A DNA stretch of 64,000 bases from a virus, in IMG/VR virus record IMGVR_UViG_3300042923_000619, positions 1-64,000 of that record. One strand, given 5' to 3'. The position numbers were made by a program, and so were the translations under genes. This document shows, piece by piece, positions 37,386-47,151 of this stretch (position 1 is the stretch's first letter; each line of letters starts with the position of its first letter). The notes beneath the pieces were generated by a model. The model did not search any database. It was given only the letters and a program-made list of their open reading frames with translations, and had not been told where the DNA came from.

Positions 37386-39956
37386 TTAATCAAATATTAC
37401 AATATTTAATTTTATAGTTTGTACAGACGTAGATGTTTCTTCATAATATACTCTTATTTGGCTATTAGATATTCTTGTAAATACTGTTTGAGTTATATCA
37501 TTAGCATATAATTGATTCCCAGTATTCTCAGTAGTAATATTATATATTGCATTAGAAGATACAGAAGGATGATTTATTGTTATGGATACTGCTGAACCAG
37601 TAGTAATTGATGCAGATATTATATCTCCCGATACAGGTAAATTGCCACTTGTTCCACCAACATCGCCAATACTTACAGTTCCTTTATATATGGACATTCC
37701 CCATGTTCCGTCACCTTTTAATATTGAATTTTGTTTACCTACCAATGGTTGAGGAACTAATCCACCTTGACCATTCACCGTACTTGATGCACCTGTCATT
37801 GTTTTTATATCATTTGTTAAAGCAATAATTCCATCTTTATCAGGTATTGTTAATGTTCTTATATTTCCTGTCGTAATTCCACTAGCTTCAAATTGTGCTA
37901 TTTTTGTATTGTCTATTTCATCAATTATTTTTGTAGATGAATCAACTAATGATTTATTAGTTAGTGTTTCAATTCCTGTTTTAGTAACATCAGCATTAAC
38001 TGTAATAATTGTATTGTCATTAGTAGAGTCATCTATTACTGAGACTCCATTTCCCATAAATTTTAAATTAGAACGTTTTGCATAAAAATTACTTCCATCT
38101 CTAATTATATGTCCACTTATTAAAGTCCAGTTAGAAGCTATAAAAGTGGCATCTGTGTTTAATGTTTTACATCTATACAACAAATCATCATGAATAACAT
38201 ATTCTCCTACTTTATATTCGGTATTAGAAATCCAATCATTTATTTTTGTACCACCAGCACTTCCAATTCCTACCCAAGAAGTTGAATTATAGGCACTTAT
38301 AGAATATGGAATACTTGTAGTATCTATCCATATATCATCTTTAACCATTCCTACAGGAGAATCTGATTGCATAAATATTCTTCTTTTTTTATCTTCTAAT
38401 TCTAAAATATGTTTTATACTATATGTTTTTATAGTACTTGTTGTATCCGCATCATCAATTTTTGCATATTCATGTAATTTATTTATTAAATCAGTTTGAG
38501 TTGATATGTCTCCTATTATACTTCCCCAACTAGTACTTCCATTATGAATTTTTAAATATCCACCTGTTGAAGTTTTTATAACTAAATCATATTGAGCAAA
38601 TGTTATTGAATTTCCTCCTAAAGTCTGTGTTCCACTAACTAAAACTATCCAAGCATAACTTTTGCCATTAGTATTTACAATTGTAATATCAGGAGTATTT
38701 GTTGAAGCATCATAATAATCATTTTGTATAGATAATCCACCTAAAATACTTTGATCTACATATTCCTTTGAGGCTAATGAAGTAAAAATATTTGTATTGT
38801 TTTTTTGTATTTCTAAATAACCTATTTCTCCACTTGAATTCTTAATTGGAATTGTATTATTATTAGCATTTTCAAATCCGAATAATTCCATATTCCCCAT
38901 AGAATTTACATCAATCGATTTATCATCTCTAACTACAGATGAGCCGTTAGTTGAAGCAAAAACAGTTACTTGCCAATTTGACACGGTTTTATCATAAAAA
39001 GCTATACCTACTTGACCTGAAACTGTACTTATAATAGCAAATTTATAAGAATCTGCACCACTTGGATAAGCTATTTTTAAATCAGCTAATGATGAAAATT
39101 GCCCTAAACAACTATTTAACTTCTCAAGCCATTCTGTTTCAGTTCCAGAGAACCCTTGTTTTTCTATTGCTGATTGATAAGCACTTTTACCTTCGACCCC
39201 TTGTATTCCTTGAATACCTTTATCCCCTTTTTCACCTTTTAATAAAACTGTAGAATTATACCATAGTAAGTTATCATATGAAGATGGCGAGTCTAAGCCA
39301 CTCCAAGTATAAACAACTTGTGATACTCCACTTCCTACTAAAATAACTAAACCATTTTGTAGTGAATTCGGTGAAACACTGAAATAATTATCTCTATCAA
39401 TAATTGTTGGAAACATATAATCACTACGAACAACTGCAATATTTTCCAATCTTTGTCCATTACTCGAACTATAATTAACAACTATTCTACCTGAGAAAGA
39501 AGAAGTTGACGTTAATTTTATTGTATCAGCATTTATTATTTGTACGCCAATAGTCTCTTCTTTTTCTTCAGAATTAAATATTTTATAGTTTATATTTAAG
39601 TCATTTAATTTATGTTCTAAAGTTAATGTATATATAGTATTATCAACAGTATCTCGTACCCATTGAGAACTTGTAAATACAAAATTTTTATTATCATTTA
39701 TATTAGGATTATTAATTAATTTATATGTACCATCATTAGTAAGAACTAGTTGTCCACTGCCATTAGTAATTAAATGTGCTACTTTATCTTTATCTATTTG
39801 GTTATAAGACATCCAATCTGCTATAGGAATATTAACTTTTGTAGCATCTTTTAAAGTAAATTCAATTCCTGTAGGTGTTCCTATGCCACTTTGAATTCCT
39901 ACACTATTCATTTTAAGAGCATACTTCTTTGCCAAAGCAAGAGTTACTACGTCCAT
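37386..39956 (-). CDS. Tail fibre protein with collagen-like repeat and CBM5/12-like module
   Basis: KGEKGDKGIQGIQGVEGKSAYQ; DWISNTEYKVGEYVIHDDLLYRCK. Confidence 0.75.
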   Translation of the reverse strand: MDVVTLALAKKYALKMNSVGIQSGIGTPTGIEFTLKDATKVNIPIADWMSYNQIDKDKVAHLITNGSGQLVLTNDGTYKLINNPNINDNKNFVFTSSQWVRDTVDNTIYTLTLEHKLNDLNINYKIFNSEEKEETIGVQIINADTIKLTSTSSFSGRIVVNYSSSNGQRLENIAVVRSDYMFPTIIDRDNYFSVSPNSLQNGLVILVGSGVSQVVYTWSGLDSPSSYDNLLWYNSTVLLKGEKGDKGIQGIQGVEGKSAYQSAIEKQGFSGTETEWLEKLNSCLGQFSSLADLKIAYPSGADSYKFAIISTVSGQVGIAFYDKTVSNWQVTVFASTNGSSVVRDDKSIDVNSMGNMELFGFENANNNTIPIKNSSGEIGYLEIQKNNTNIFTSLASKEYVDQSILGGLSIQNDYYDASTNTPDITIVNTNGKSYAWIVLVSGTQTLGGNSITFAQYDLVIKTSTGGYLKIHNGSTSWGSIIGDISTQTDLINKLHEYAKIDDADTTSTIKTYSIKHILELEDKKRRIFMQSDSPVGMVKDDIWIDTTSIPYSISAYNSTSWVGIGSAGGTKINDWISNTEYKVGEYVIHDDLLYRCKTLNTDATFIASNWTLISGHIIRDGSNFYAKRSNLKFMGNGVSVIDDSTNDNTIITVNADVTKTGIETLTNKSLVDSSTKIIDEIDNTKIAQFEASGITTGNIRTLTIPDKDGIIALTNDIKTMTGASSTVNGQGGLVPQPLVGKQNSILKGDGTWGMSIYKGTVSIGDVGGTSGNLPVSGDIISASITTGSAVSITINHPSVSSNAIYNITTENTGNQLYANDITQTVFTRISNSQIRVYYEETSTSVQTIKLNIVIFD

Positions 39957-39983
39957 TAAAATCACTCCTTTCCATTTTTTATT

Positions 39984-40169
39984 TTATTGTTGTAAAATCC
40001 AAATATCGTTTTCCTCGTCATAAAGATAAGCATCCCCAGTATCTTTACAATAAGCACTTGACCCATCACCAAGTTTATTATCGGCTTTTTTAGGTAAGTT
40101 TGGAACATCGGTACTTAAACACCAATAATCGACTTGACCTGTTTTATAATATTTATAAGGTTTTATCAT
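39984..40169 (-). CDS. Small structural-region protein
   Basis: AGAAAGG RBS; GSSAYCKDTGDAYLYDEENDIW. Confidence 0.65.
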   Translation of the reverse strand: MIKPYKYYKTGQVDYWCLSTDVPNLPKKADNKLGDGSSAYCKDTGDAYLYDEENDIWILQQ

Positions 40170-40334
40170 ATTAATCATCCTTTCTATTATTAATTTATCT
40201 CCGAATGCCTAGCTAACACATTCATAAGTTATTTCTAGCTACTTATCATTTGATAAGCACCACAAAAACAACTTTTGTTAAAAGAGACTAGATTTAATTT
40301 CTAATCTCCTTTATATTTTTAATTAATTTGTTAT

Positions 40335-41543
40335 TTATAATAATTCACATTCTTTAGCTTGGTTTAAATATGAATTTATAGTTATATACCCAGTATTAAA
40401 TTTTTTCACCAAATCTATCTTTTTATAATTAGGATTACTAGATACGTATTTTACTATCTCTACTACTAAACTTTTAATTGATTGAGACATTATGCAATTC
40501 CAATCCACTGTGATTAAATTAAATAATTTATTTAATTGACTACTTAACATTGAATTTCTAATCCATTCTAAAGAGTCATATCTTGTATCAATAACTATGT
40601 AATTTTCTTCTTTAATCCCATTAGATAAAGCTAATTCTTTTTTTAATCTGTCGTTTTCTTGTTCTTCTTCTAGTGTTTTAGTATTTGAATTCCATCCTGT
40701 ACTATCTTGATAATGTTGCATTCCATGAGTTTCTACTATATACTTTTCACCATTTAGTTTAAAAAAGAAATCATATCTGTATTTATCACACCATTCTTCA
40801 TTAATTTTTGAGTATTCTGATATAAAATCAACATTCATATTATATAAAAAATTACTCATAAACTTTTCTCCAAAAGGGACTTTATCAGAACATGAACAAC
40901 TAAATCCACTTCTAGAGTATATCTTTCCCAATGTTAATTTCTTACTTTTGTTTTTTCCACAATTTGGGCAAATAGGAAATATACTTTTAGTTGAACCATG
41001 ACTATATTTTTGGGCAATTTCGTTACCAACAATAGGAATCATCCAAGGGTCTGTAGTTGCAATATCATTTATTCCTTGAACTACTATTTGCTTAGTACAA
41101 CATAAACAACCTGAATTTATAAAACTTGCCTCATCAGCCCAATACTCTTTTTGATATTCACCATTTTTATAATGCTCGCCACATTTAAATCCACATACAT
41201 TACAAGTGTATTTATACAAACTACGATATGACTTTCTTTTCTCTATATATTCTCTTTTTCTGTCTGTAACAACAATATCTTTCTTTTCATTTATTATACT
41301 AACTCCAATATTATATTTAAATTCAAAAGGTTTAAAATTAAATATTTTTGATAGTCCACATTTTTTAAAATATAATGAGTTAATATAATAAATATTATCA
41401 TTATATTCAACTTTTAATGTACAATTTTTATCTTTTTTATTAAGTTCCCATCCTAATATAGTAAGATATCCTTGTATTGTGCTATAAACAAAGAATACTT
41501 TCTTATGTATAGAATCTTCCCAATTAAACAACGTTTTGTTCAT
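40335..41543 (-). CDS. Zinc-ribbon/EDxHD putative homing endonuclease
   Basis: CNVCG, CLCC and CPNCG; RYDFFF...IVETHGMQHY. Confidence 0.7.
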   Translation of the reverse strand: MNKTLFNWEDSIHKKVFFVYSTIQGYLTILGWELNKKDKNCTLKVEYNDNIYYINSLYFKKCGLSKIFNFKPFEFKYNIGVSIINEKKDIVVTDRKREYIEKRKSYRSLYKYTCNVCGFKCGEHYKNGEYQKEYWADEASFINSGCLCCTKQIVVQGINDIATTDPWMIPIVGNEIAQKYSHGSTKSIFPICPNCGKNKSKKLTLGKIYSRSGFSCSCSDKVPFGEKFMSNFLYNMNVDFISEYSKINEEWCDKYRYDFFFKLNGEKYIVETHGMQHYQDSTGWNSNTKTLEEEQENDRLKKELALSNGIKEENYIVIDTRYDSLEWIRNSMLSSQLNKLFNLITVDWNCIMSQSIKSLVVEIVKYVSSNPNYKKIDLVKKFNTGYITINSYLNQAKECELL

Positions 41544-41554
41544 GGGAATTATTT

Positions 41555-41845
41555 CTAAGAATATTTTTTAAAATTTGTATCGTGTAATAAATCATGATTT
41601 TCTTTTTTCCAATTATCTATATATTCGTCATATTCTATTTGTGTCATATTAATCTTTATTTTTGATTTATCATATACTTCGTCAATAATAATGTTATTTC
41701 CTTTTCTATGATAATTAAAAAACATCTTAAACTCATCAAAATGTTTTTTATGTTTGCTACATTCTCTTGGTTGTTCTTCTAATAAATAACATAACTCGTC
41801 ATAATTTTTTATTACTTGTCCTACTTTTAATATACTTGTATTCAT
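41555..41845 (-). CDS. Hypothetical protein (N-terminal module common in clostridial phage proteins)
   Basis: LKVGQVIKNYDELCYLL...IIIDEVYD. Confidence 0.6.
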   Translation of the reverse strand: MNTSILKVGQVIKNYDELCYLLEEQPRECSKHKKHFDEFKMFFNYHRKGNNIIIDEVYDKSKIKINMTQIEYDEYIDNWKKENHDLLHDTNFKKYS

Positions 41846-41894
41846 AGCTTAAATTCCTTCTTTCTAAATTAAATTTTTACAAATAAAAAGACGC

Positions 41895-42081
41895 TTACTT
41901 TTTGTAAACGCCTAATTTCCAATTATCTAATATTCTTTTACATTTATCATCTCTAATAAATACCCAAAAGTCTTTATTCTTTTCTTTATTATATCCATGA
42001 ATAACATATTCAACTTTTTCTTCATTTAATTTATTTTTTTAAATTATTTGAATAACATATAAATAAATCTTCCTTTGTCAT
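41895..42081 (-). pseudogene. DUF5659-like ORF frameshifted in an A7 run
   Basis: MTKEDLFICYSNNLKK then stop; removing one A gives ...LKNKLNEEKVEYVIHGYNKEKNKDFWVFIRDDKCKRILDNWKLGVYKK. Confidence 0.65.
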
Positions 42082-42098
42082 AATTTATTTCTCCTTTA

Positions 42099-42401
42099 TT
42101 ATTTGTAATCCGATAAAGATATTAAGAATAATCGACTGTTCAATTTTTCTTCGGATAAAACAAACCATTCCCCGCAACCTCTTGAAAAATCTAAAATTTT
42201 ATGCAAATGTCTTTCTAGCTTTTTATATTGTACACAAGGAATTATTTGTATAAGTTCTAATTCATCTTTAGAACCAACAAATCTATTGGTGCTTTGTATC
42301 TGTTTAAACCTCAATTTACAATCTTTTGAACACCCAATTTTTATGTACATACTTTCATTAGTAGACTTTGATATGTTTTTTATAAAATATACTCCACTCA
42401 T
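42099..42401 (-). CDS. GIY-YIG (T5orf172-like) nuclease
   Basis: GVYFI...YIKIGCSKD...RF...LERHLH...GEWF. Confidence 0.75.
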   Translation of the reverse strand: MSGVYFIKNISKSTNESMYIKIGCSKDCKLRFKQIQSTNRFVGSKDELELIQIIPCVQYKKLERHLHKILDFSRGCGEWFVLSEEKLNSRLFLISLSDYK

Positions 42402-42584
42402 TTTATTACCCCTTATTTTAAATTATTTTATTCATCTTAGAAATTTTCACTCTATATAATTACATTAATATATACCTTATAAACCTAGTAATAATGCCAT
42501 TATTGATAACGACCTTGGTAACTTTTATATACTTATATAGTACATTATATATTAGTTGGTCTACCAATCAGCTAACTTAACTAA

Positions 42585-44255
42585 TTAACAATTGAGCCTA
42601 TATCTATAATAGTCGTATCCATTATTCTTACTTGTTCTAATATCATAAATATCAATAATATGACAATCAATTAAGTTCTTTATCATTTTACTTATATTGG
42701 CTTGATTTTCAGTTGTATTATTTTTATAGTAAGCTTTTGCTAAGTCTACTTGAGACATTACAAATATATTTCCTTTTGTTTTATTCTCCACTAATTGTTG
42801 TTTATGTAGATATCTGATTAGCACATATAAAGCTAATTCATTGGGATTAATATTCTGACAAATACACATACAAGTTGCCATAAAGCTTATTTTTATTGTC
42901 TTATCTAAGGCAGTTCTTATTGGATTAAATTTGTAATATTTTTTATTTCTTGAACCAATTTCTTCTGTAATAAACTTTTTCTCAATAAGACTATTTAAAG
43001 TTTCTCTTAATGTTTTTTCAGATAAACAAGATTTTTTCTTATGTGTAATACTTCTAATAAGTAATTTTATATCCATACCAAACTTTTCTGTTAAAGGTCT
43101 AGGATTATCATATTCTAACCTTAATATGTTTAATATTAAAATTTCATTACCATTTAACATGTTAATCCCTCCATTTTGTTTATTTCTTATTTTCTTTGTT
43201 ATTTTATCTTCTAATTGATAAGTTTCATAAATTACTCCGTCTTCATCAACTAATGAATCAAAATCAAATTCTGACTCTGTAAAATTAAAGCATTCACTTT
43301 TACTATCACATTCTTTACAATTCATATGTACATACTTTAAATTGTTATAAATACTTTTAATTCTATAATCTAAATTGTCATTATAACTGCTTTTATCTGC
43401 CCATGATTTACAAGCCAAAGTTATTTCTTCAATTGTTTTATTTCTTTGTCTTAAATTAACTACTATCTTTTGAAGGTCAGAATATCTATCTCCTTCGATA
43501 GTTCCATTTTCTAATATACTTAATATGCATTTGGGAATATTAGTATTGTTAGTCATATATTTAATTTGTTTTTTACTTGCATTATTAACAACTGTTTTTC
43601 CACAATTCTTTTCATATAGAAATTCAATATCATATGGTTTAATTTCATCTCTATTATCCATAGCTATTATTTTAACTAATTTAGTTTTATTCTCATCTTT
43701 AATGTTGTATGAGTATGGTGTTCTTAATATTTGTGTTGGCAAACAGGCATGGTTATCAGCCTTTAATTTTTCACATAATACCTTTTGAACTTCATTTACC
43801 ATATCTAATTTATTTGTCTTATTGATACAAACATAGACATGATACCCATTACCTGAATCTACAAGACAATGAAAATGAATTTTATTTTGCTTAAATATAT
43901 TTAATATATCTAAATGGTCAAAATCTTCGCCTAAATCTTTTTTGTCGAAGTCAAATCCAAGACAATATCTATATTTTAAATTTTCAGTTTTCCCACTTTC
44001 ACTATCATCAACACTAGAAAGTTGAAAATAAGTATTTTTATTATATTTAGCACCACTTGTAACATAATTTACTACACTATCAATATCATTAAAGAATTTC
44101 GTTTTAATTTCAGTTGCTTCAGTATTTCTAGTTTCATTATTTTGAAATATTCTTATATACTCCTCATCTTCGTCAAACTCTCTAAAAATTAGTTTTAGAA
44201 ATTTCTTTACTTTAATATCTTTGTCCATTGCTTTTAGTTCTTCTTTACTGTACAT
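42585..44255 (-). CDS. Plasmid-type replication initiator: AEP/RepB-like primase, PriCT-like helices and two winged helices
   Basis: LGFDFD, VDSGNGYHVY, ILRTP; CKECDSKSEC; wHTH-like LSEKTLRETLNSLIEKKFI and SQVDLAKAY...ISKMIKNL. Confidence 0.65.
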   Translation of the reverse strand: MYSKEELKAMDKDIKVKKFLKLIFREFDEDEEYIRIFQNNETRNTEATEIKTKFFNDIDSVVNYVTSGAKYNKNTYFQLSSVDDSESGKTENLKYRYCLGFDFDKKDLGEDFDHLDILNIFKQNKIHFHCLVDSGNGYHVYVCINKTNKLDMVNEVQKVLCEKLKADNHACLPTQILRTPYSYNIKDENKTKLVKIIAMDNRDEIKPYDIEFLYEKNCGKTVVNNASKKQIKYMTNNTNIPKCILSILENGTIEGDRYSDLQKIVVNLRQRNKTIEEITLACKSWADKSSYNDNLDYRIKSIYNNLKYVHMNCKECDSKSECFNFTESEFDFDSLVDEDGVIYETYQLEDKITKKIRNKQNGGINMLNGNEILILNILRLEYDNPRPLTEKFGMDIKLLIRSITHKKKSCLSEKTLRETLNSLIEKKFITEEIGSRNKKYYKFNPIRTALDKTIKISFMATCMCICQNINPNELALYVLIRYLHKQQLVENKTKGNIFVMSQVDLAKAYYKNNTTENQANISKMIKNLIDCHIIDIYDIRTSKNNGYDYYRYRLNC

Positions 44256-44299
44256 TAAATAACATCTCCTTTATAAATTTATAAGCAATTCCACTACTT

Positions 44300-44397
44300 G
44301 CCGAGAAGCAGAATAACCCTCTAAAAGAGAACTGAAGAATCTCGGCTTTCTTAGTTCTCCATAAAGGAAATGACTAAGATAACTTTTTTCAGTTACC
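44300..44397 (-). promoter_or_regulatory. Structured 5' leader of the rep-like gene
   Basis: Three adjacent stems: GGTAACT/AGTTATC, TTAGT..TCC/GGA..ACTAA and GCCGAGA/TCTCGGC. Confidence 0.45.
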
Positions 44398-44489
44398 TTT
44401 TACAAGGTTCATAAATTTTTACATAATAAAAAGACCTAAGAAGATTACTTCCTAAGCCTTTTTAAGTTCCAATAAATCAATTATTTTAT

Positions 44490-45125
44490 TTATTGTATAG
44501 TATTAGTAGTAATTCCATTTACATCTGCTTGTGCTAATATATTATTTGCTGTTTGTTGATCTACTGTAACAGCGTTTACTACAACATTATTAGCATTACT
44601 TAAAGCACTATTAATAATATTCAATTTATTATTTAAATCCTCAACTTGTTTCTTTAGTAACACATTTTCAGCAACTACATTTGTCTTTTCATTAATTAAT
44701 TGTGAATTTTGATTTTGTAAATCTACATTAGATTGTTTTAATGATTCATCGGTAATAACTGCTTGTTTCCCTTTATTAAATTCACCAGCAATAGCCTGTC
44801 TCAAATCATCAATATTTTCTTGAGTTAAATAAGGAATCTTTTGTAACAATAATTGGTCAAACATTTGTGATTTAGAAACTAATAAGTCTTCTACTTTTTC
44901 AGTAATTCTATATTTTTCTTCAACAATGTTCCATATTTCTTTAGCAGTATTAATCTCATCTTGATGTTGTGCTAATTGCTTTGTAACTCCTGAACTTTCT
45001 TTTTTAGCTTTCGCAGTATCAATAATAATGTCACCAACTTTAAAAATAAGTTTTCCTATAATACCTACTGCCCCTGTTATAATAATTGGTAAAGCCACAC
45101 TAATAATTATATTCCATATTTCCAT
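44490..45125 (-). CDS. Holin (single N-terminal TM, LL-H-like) with coiled-coil tail
   Basis: IIISVALPIIITGAVGIIG...AKEIWNIVEEKYR...LRQAIAGEFN; adjacent to the endolysin. Confidence 0.65.
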   Translation of the reverse strand: MEIWNIIISVALPIIITGAVGIIGKLIFKVGDIIIDTAKAKKESSGVTKQLAQHQDEINTAKEIWNIVEEKYRITEKVEDLLVSKSQMFDQLLLQKIPYLTQENIDDLRQAIAGEFNKGKQAVITDESLKQSNVDLQNQNSQLINEKTNVVAENVLLKKQVEDLNNKLNIINSALSNANNVVVNAVTVDQQTANNILAQADVNGITTNTIQ

Positions 45126-45192
45126 AATTATTTTCCTCCTTGACCTTATAAGTAGTCTAACTATCTATTTTTATTACATTAATTTGTTTTGA

Positions 45193-45987
45193 TTAATTAT
45201 TACCAGTATAATCTGAGTTTAAGAAAATATTCGCTTCTTTGGTACGTCTGCGATATAAACCTTCTATTCTCTTACCTCCTCCATTACTCCATGATTGAAA
45301 GTTCCCTAGAATGGTATTATAATCTCTTATTCCATTACAGACATTTTTATATAAAGTAGATTGATTTAACAATGCGTCAGTTCCACAATTGTATGCAAAA
45401 CTTACTAATGCATCAAATTCATTTTGTGATAATGATACTCCTTTATTATTTAAATCATCTTTTATTACTTGTGCATAGTTTTTATTTATCAAATCTTTTA
45501 ACATATTACTTGCAGTTTCTTCTGATATTTCGTTTGGTAAATTAGCAATCTCAATTCCAGTCATACCATAGCCTTGTGTCAAAACCCCAACACAATCATA
45601 GTATTTATTTGGGAAGAATCCTTCAAAAGATTTTACAAAATTTATACAATTATCAGAAACTAAACTATTACTAATCAAATGCCCTTGTGGATCAAAACTG
45701 TAAGACTTACCATCTATAGTAGCAGTTCTATTTACGTAGCATTCACCCATGTATCCATTACTATCTCTTTCAAGAAAAAACCAAACTCCTTTTAATTGAA
45801 TCCAACCAGTTTTTAAATCTCCATTAACTTCATCTAAATAATACCATCGTTGGTCTTTATCTTGAAACCATCCAGTATCTAAAACACCAACATCATTATT
45901 TAAGTGATACCATTTACCATTATCAAAGTACCATCCTTTGATAATTTTACCATCAGAATTTGTAAGACACCATTTCCATTGATTCAT
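45193..45987 (-). CDS. Endolysin: N-terminal choline/cell-wall-binding repeats and C-terminal GH24 lysozyme
   Basis: GWYFDNGKWYHL, GWFQDKDQRWYYL and GWIQLKGVWFFL repeats; FEGF...YYDCVGVLTQGYG, QNEFDALVSFAYNCG, GLYRRRTKE. Confidence 0.9.
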   Translation of the reverse strand: MNQWKWCLTNSDGKIIKGWYFDNGKWYHLNNDVGVLDTGWFQDKDQRWYYLDEVNGDLKTGWIQLKGVWFFLERDSNGYMGECYVNRTATIDGKSYSFDPQGHLISNSLVSDNCINFVKSFEGFFPNKYYDCVGVLTQGYGMTGIEIANLPNEISEETASNMLKDLINKNYAQVIKDDLNNKGVSLSQNEFDALVSFAYNCGTDALLNQSTLYKNVCNGIRDYNTILGNFQSWSNGGGKRIEGLYRRRTKEANIFLNSDYTGNN

Positions 45988-46006
45988 TTATTATCTTTCC
46001 TTTCTT

Positions 46007-46492
46007 TTAATTTATTTTGATTAATAATTTACTTTCACTTATATCTTTAGGCGATGGATATTTAGAATCTATATCAGGACATAAATCTATTCCAACACTT
46101 TTAAATGCATCATACCATAACATACTGCATATGTGACTTCCAAAAGGTTCTTTATAAGGTAAAATTATATGAAATACATATCTAAATAATTCAACAAACA
46201 ATAAGAAATAATCATATCTACTTCCAACTTGTCCATTTATATATCCAATAATTAAATCTTTTTGTTCTTCTGTTAATCCTTCATATCTATATACATCATA
46301 TATACCAACATATTTATCTATAGATACTTGTCCTGTTTTCTCAAAACCTTCAGCCTCAACTAATTTACTGTTATTATCAATCACACCAGCAACATGCGAA
46401 TAATTAGAGTCTGTTATATCCTTTATGATATCGCTCACTAGACCATGATTCCTTACTAATATTAAATCACAAGGTTTTAATTCCATAAACAT
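46007..46492 (-). CDS. Permuted papain-like (YiiX/YebB-like NlpC/P60) protein
   Basis: LKPCDLILV...YSHVAG...YDY...ICSML...PSPKDI (His before Cys). Confidence 0.75.
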   Translation of the reverse strand: MFMELKPCDLILVRNHGLVSDIIKDITDSNYSHVAGVIDNNSKLVEAEGFEKTGQVSIDKYVGIYDVYRYEGLTEEQKDLIIGYINGQVGSRYDYFLLFVELFRYVFHIILPYKEPFGSHICSMLWYDAFKSVGIDLCPDIDSKYPSPKDISESKLLIKIN

Positions 46493-46724
46493 GCCCTCTT
46501 TCTTTAATTTTAATGTATATTTATTGTTATATTACACATAATAATGTTGTAAGAAATTATGATAAAACATGGTATAACTATGGTTATATTTGTGTTATTG
46601 ATTTTTTCTTATTAAACCTAAATGGAATTTTGTACTTGCAATATTAAATTAACCATTTAGGTTTATATTTATAAAAACATATAATAATCAAGTAAATTGT
46701 ATCTTTTATTAATTTATGATATTC

Positions 46725-46871
46725 TTATTTATTAACTTCTATTAATATATTTTCTTTTTCTTCATCTGTTAACTTTACATAATCTACAATTATTTCTTCA
46801 GCAGTTTTATTTTCTAATTCCATTCTTGACTTAATTGCTCTCACAAATATTCTTAATTTATATCCTTCCAT
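46725..46871 (-). CDS. Small XkdX-like protein (48 aa)
   Basis: Read by hand as MEGYKLRIFVRAIKSRMELE...LTDEEKENILIEVNK; TGATG coupling with the upstream gene. Confidence 0.7.
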   Translation of the reverse strand: MEGYKLRIFVRAIKSRMELENKTAEEIIVDYVKLTDEEKENILIEVNK

Positions 46872-47140
46872 CAATTAGTACCTCCAAGTACCTTAGCTAA
46901 TGCTATTTCTATATCTGTAATTCTATCGGAATTATTAGATGTAATAGTTTCTTTTATATCTTCAACAGTAATATCTCCAAAAATACCATAACTAGATTTG
47001 ATAATATTTAACCAATAATCCAATTCTTCATCTTTCGTTTTATATATTAATTGCCTAATTTCATAATTATCTTCTATTAATTCTTTTTCAAAATCACTAT
47101 TATTTTTTAATTCTTTATTATAATAAATTATATTTTTCAT
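46871..47140 (-). CDS. Tail fibre assembly-like protein (XkdW-like position)
   Basis: GGAGG RBS before ATG 47140; ends DRITDIEIALAKVLGG. Confidence 0.6.
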   Translation of the reverse strand: MKNIIYYNKELKNNSDFEKELIEDNYEIRQLIYKTKDEELDYWLNIIKSSYGIFGDITVEDIKETITSNNSDRITDIEIALAKVLGGTN

Positions 47141-47151
47141 TTTTATACCTC

